From the NCBI RefSeq assembly GCF_964213995.1, contig NC_135804.1, positions 71,238,001-71,302,000 of the forward strand: a stretch of DNA of 64,000 nt, given 5' to 3'. The notes below the pieces were generated by a model. It worked only from the letters and a program-made list of their open reading frames with translations. It ran no database searches and had not been told where the DNA came from. The position numbers were made by a program, and so were the translations under genes. The stretch comes from Mustelus asterias (lineage: Eukaryota). Of the stretch, positions 62,790 through 64,000 are shown piece after piece. The first letter of the stretch is position 1. Every line of letters begins with the position of its first letter.

Positions 62790-63430
62790 TGGGTGTCACT
62801 GGCTAGACCAGCATTTATTGTCCTTGAGAAGGTGGTGGGGAGCTGCCTTCTTGAGCTGTTGCAATTGCTGAGGCGTGGGTATACACCCACAGTGCTATTA
62901 GGAAGGGAGTCCCAGGATATTGACCCAACGACAGTGAAAGAACGGCAGATATATTTCCAAGTCAAGGTGGTATGCGGCTCACAGGTTACTTCAAGGTGGG
63001 GGTGTCCCCTTGTAACTGCGGCTCCTGTCTTTCTAGATGGTAGTGGTTGTAGGTTTGGAAGGTGCTGCCTAAGGAACCTTGGTGCATTCCTGCAGTGCTT
63101 CTTGTTGATGGTACACACAGCTGCTACTGTTCGTCAGTGGTGGAGGGAGTGAATGTTGAAGGTGGTGGATGGGATGCCAAACAAGCAAGCTGTTTTGTCC
63201 TGGATGCTACCTTTGTAGATGGTGGACAGGCTTTGGGGGTCTGGGGTGAGATACTGCAGAATACCTAGCCTTTGACTTGCTCTTGGAGCCACAGTATTTA
63301 CGGCTATCTATGGCTAGTCCAGTTCAGTTTCTCGTCAATGGTAACCCGGGATGTGGATAGTGAGGGATTCAGCGATGGTAATGCCATTGAATGTCAAGGG
63401 CCAATGGTTAGATTCTCTCTTTTTGGAGGT
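62790..63430 (-). mobile_element. Old LINE 3' fragment (CR1/L2 group)
   Basis: Reverse copy of the family at 43490-44200. Confidence 0.65.
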
Positions 63431-63439
63431 GCATAGTAA

Positions 63440-64000
63440 TCCTGATTTCAACTTTATTTTCTCCCTTACTCCGTTATAACTTATTATACTCTACTCTAGT
63501 GCTATTTCTCTCTTTCCCAATATTCTGTGTACTTTTGTATTCTCCTCTAATGTTCCCCCCTTGTTCTCACACATCAGCCAATTCAGTTTAAACTTCCCAA
63601 CAACACGAGCAAAACGCCCCACAGTGAACTCGGTCCCAGCTCTGTCCTGGTGTAACCCGTCCAGTTTGTACAGGTCCCATCCCCCCAGAGCCAGTCCCAG
63701 TGTCCCAGTAATCTAAAACCCTTCCTCCCGCACCATCTTTGCAGCCACACATTCATCTGCCTCATCCTCCTATTTCTGAACTCACTTGCATGTGACACTG
63801 GGAGTAATCTGGAGATTGCCACAGTAGAGGTCCTTGTTGCTAATTTTCTACTGAGCTCCCTAAATTCTGCCTGAAGGACCCCATCCCTCTTTCTATCCAT
63901 GTCAGTTGACGCCAATGTGAAGCACAACTGCTGGTTGTTCACCGTCAGGGCGCTCTGCAGCTGTTCGGTGACATCCTTGACCGTGACACCGGTGAGGCAA
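63440..64000 (-). mobile_element. CR1 ORF1 esterase fragment
   Basis: EFRELSRKL...MNVWLQRWCGRKGFRLLGHWD motif. Confidence 0.8.

Overview
Vertebrate genomic DNA, almost certainly from a shark. It is dense in HE1-type tRNA-derived SINEs and CR1 LINEs; a carcharhiniform or houndshark is my best guess. Most of the window is nested transposon debris: CR1, RTE, Rex1/Babar, Tx1, Penelope-like, Gypsy and Harbinger elements plus satellites. Nearly all ORFs in the supplied track are TE-derived or spurious. Reading the splice sites by hand recovers five host-gene units. (1) An intact 3-exon, 96-aa CC chemokine at 26232-27354 (+). (2) A second chemokine with intact exons 1 and 3 (34353-34419 and 42950-43049, +) but no intact exon 2. 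(3) A decayed third chemokine 3' end at about 24408-24680. (4) A complete CIAPIN1/anamorsin with 8 coding exons (44898-58214, -, 313 aa). (5) One internal exon of POLR2C (62637-62705, +). This layout matches the human CCL22-CX3CL1-CCL17-CIAPIN1-COQ9-POLR2C block, except that COQ9 and POLR2C exons 1-2 are not visible and may be hidden in the 200-N gap. The most unusual non-coding signals are a multi-helix, possibly pseudoknotted RNA module in the 3' UTR of a young CR1 subfamily, minimal hammerhead ribozymes in Penelope-like fragments, and a GC-rich minisatellite built from kB-consensus sites. All homology calls come from reading and memory, not from database searches.
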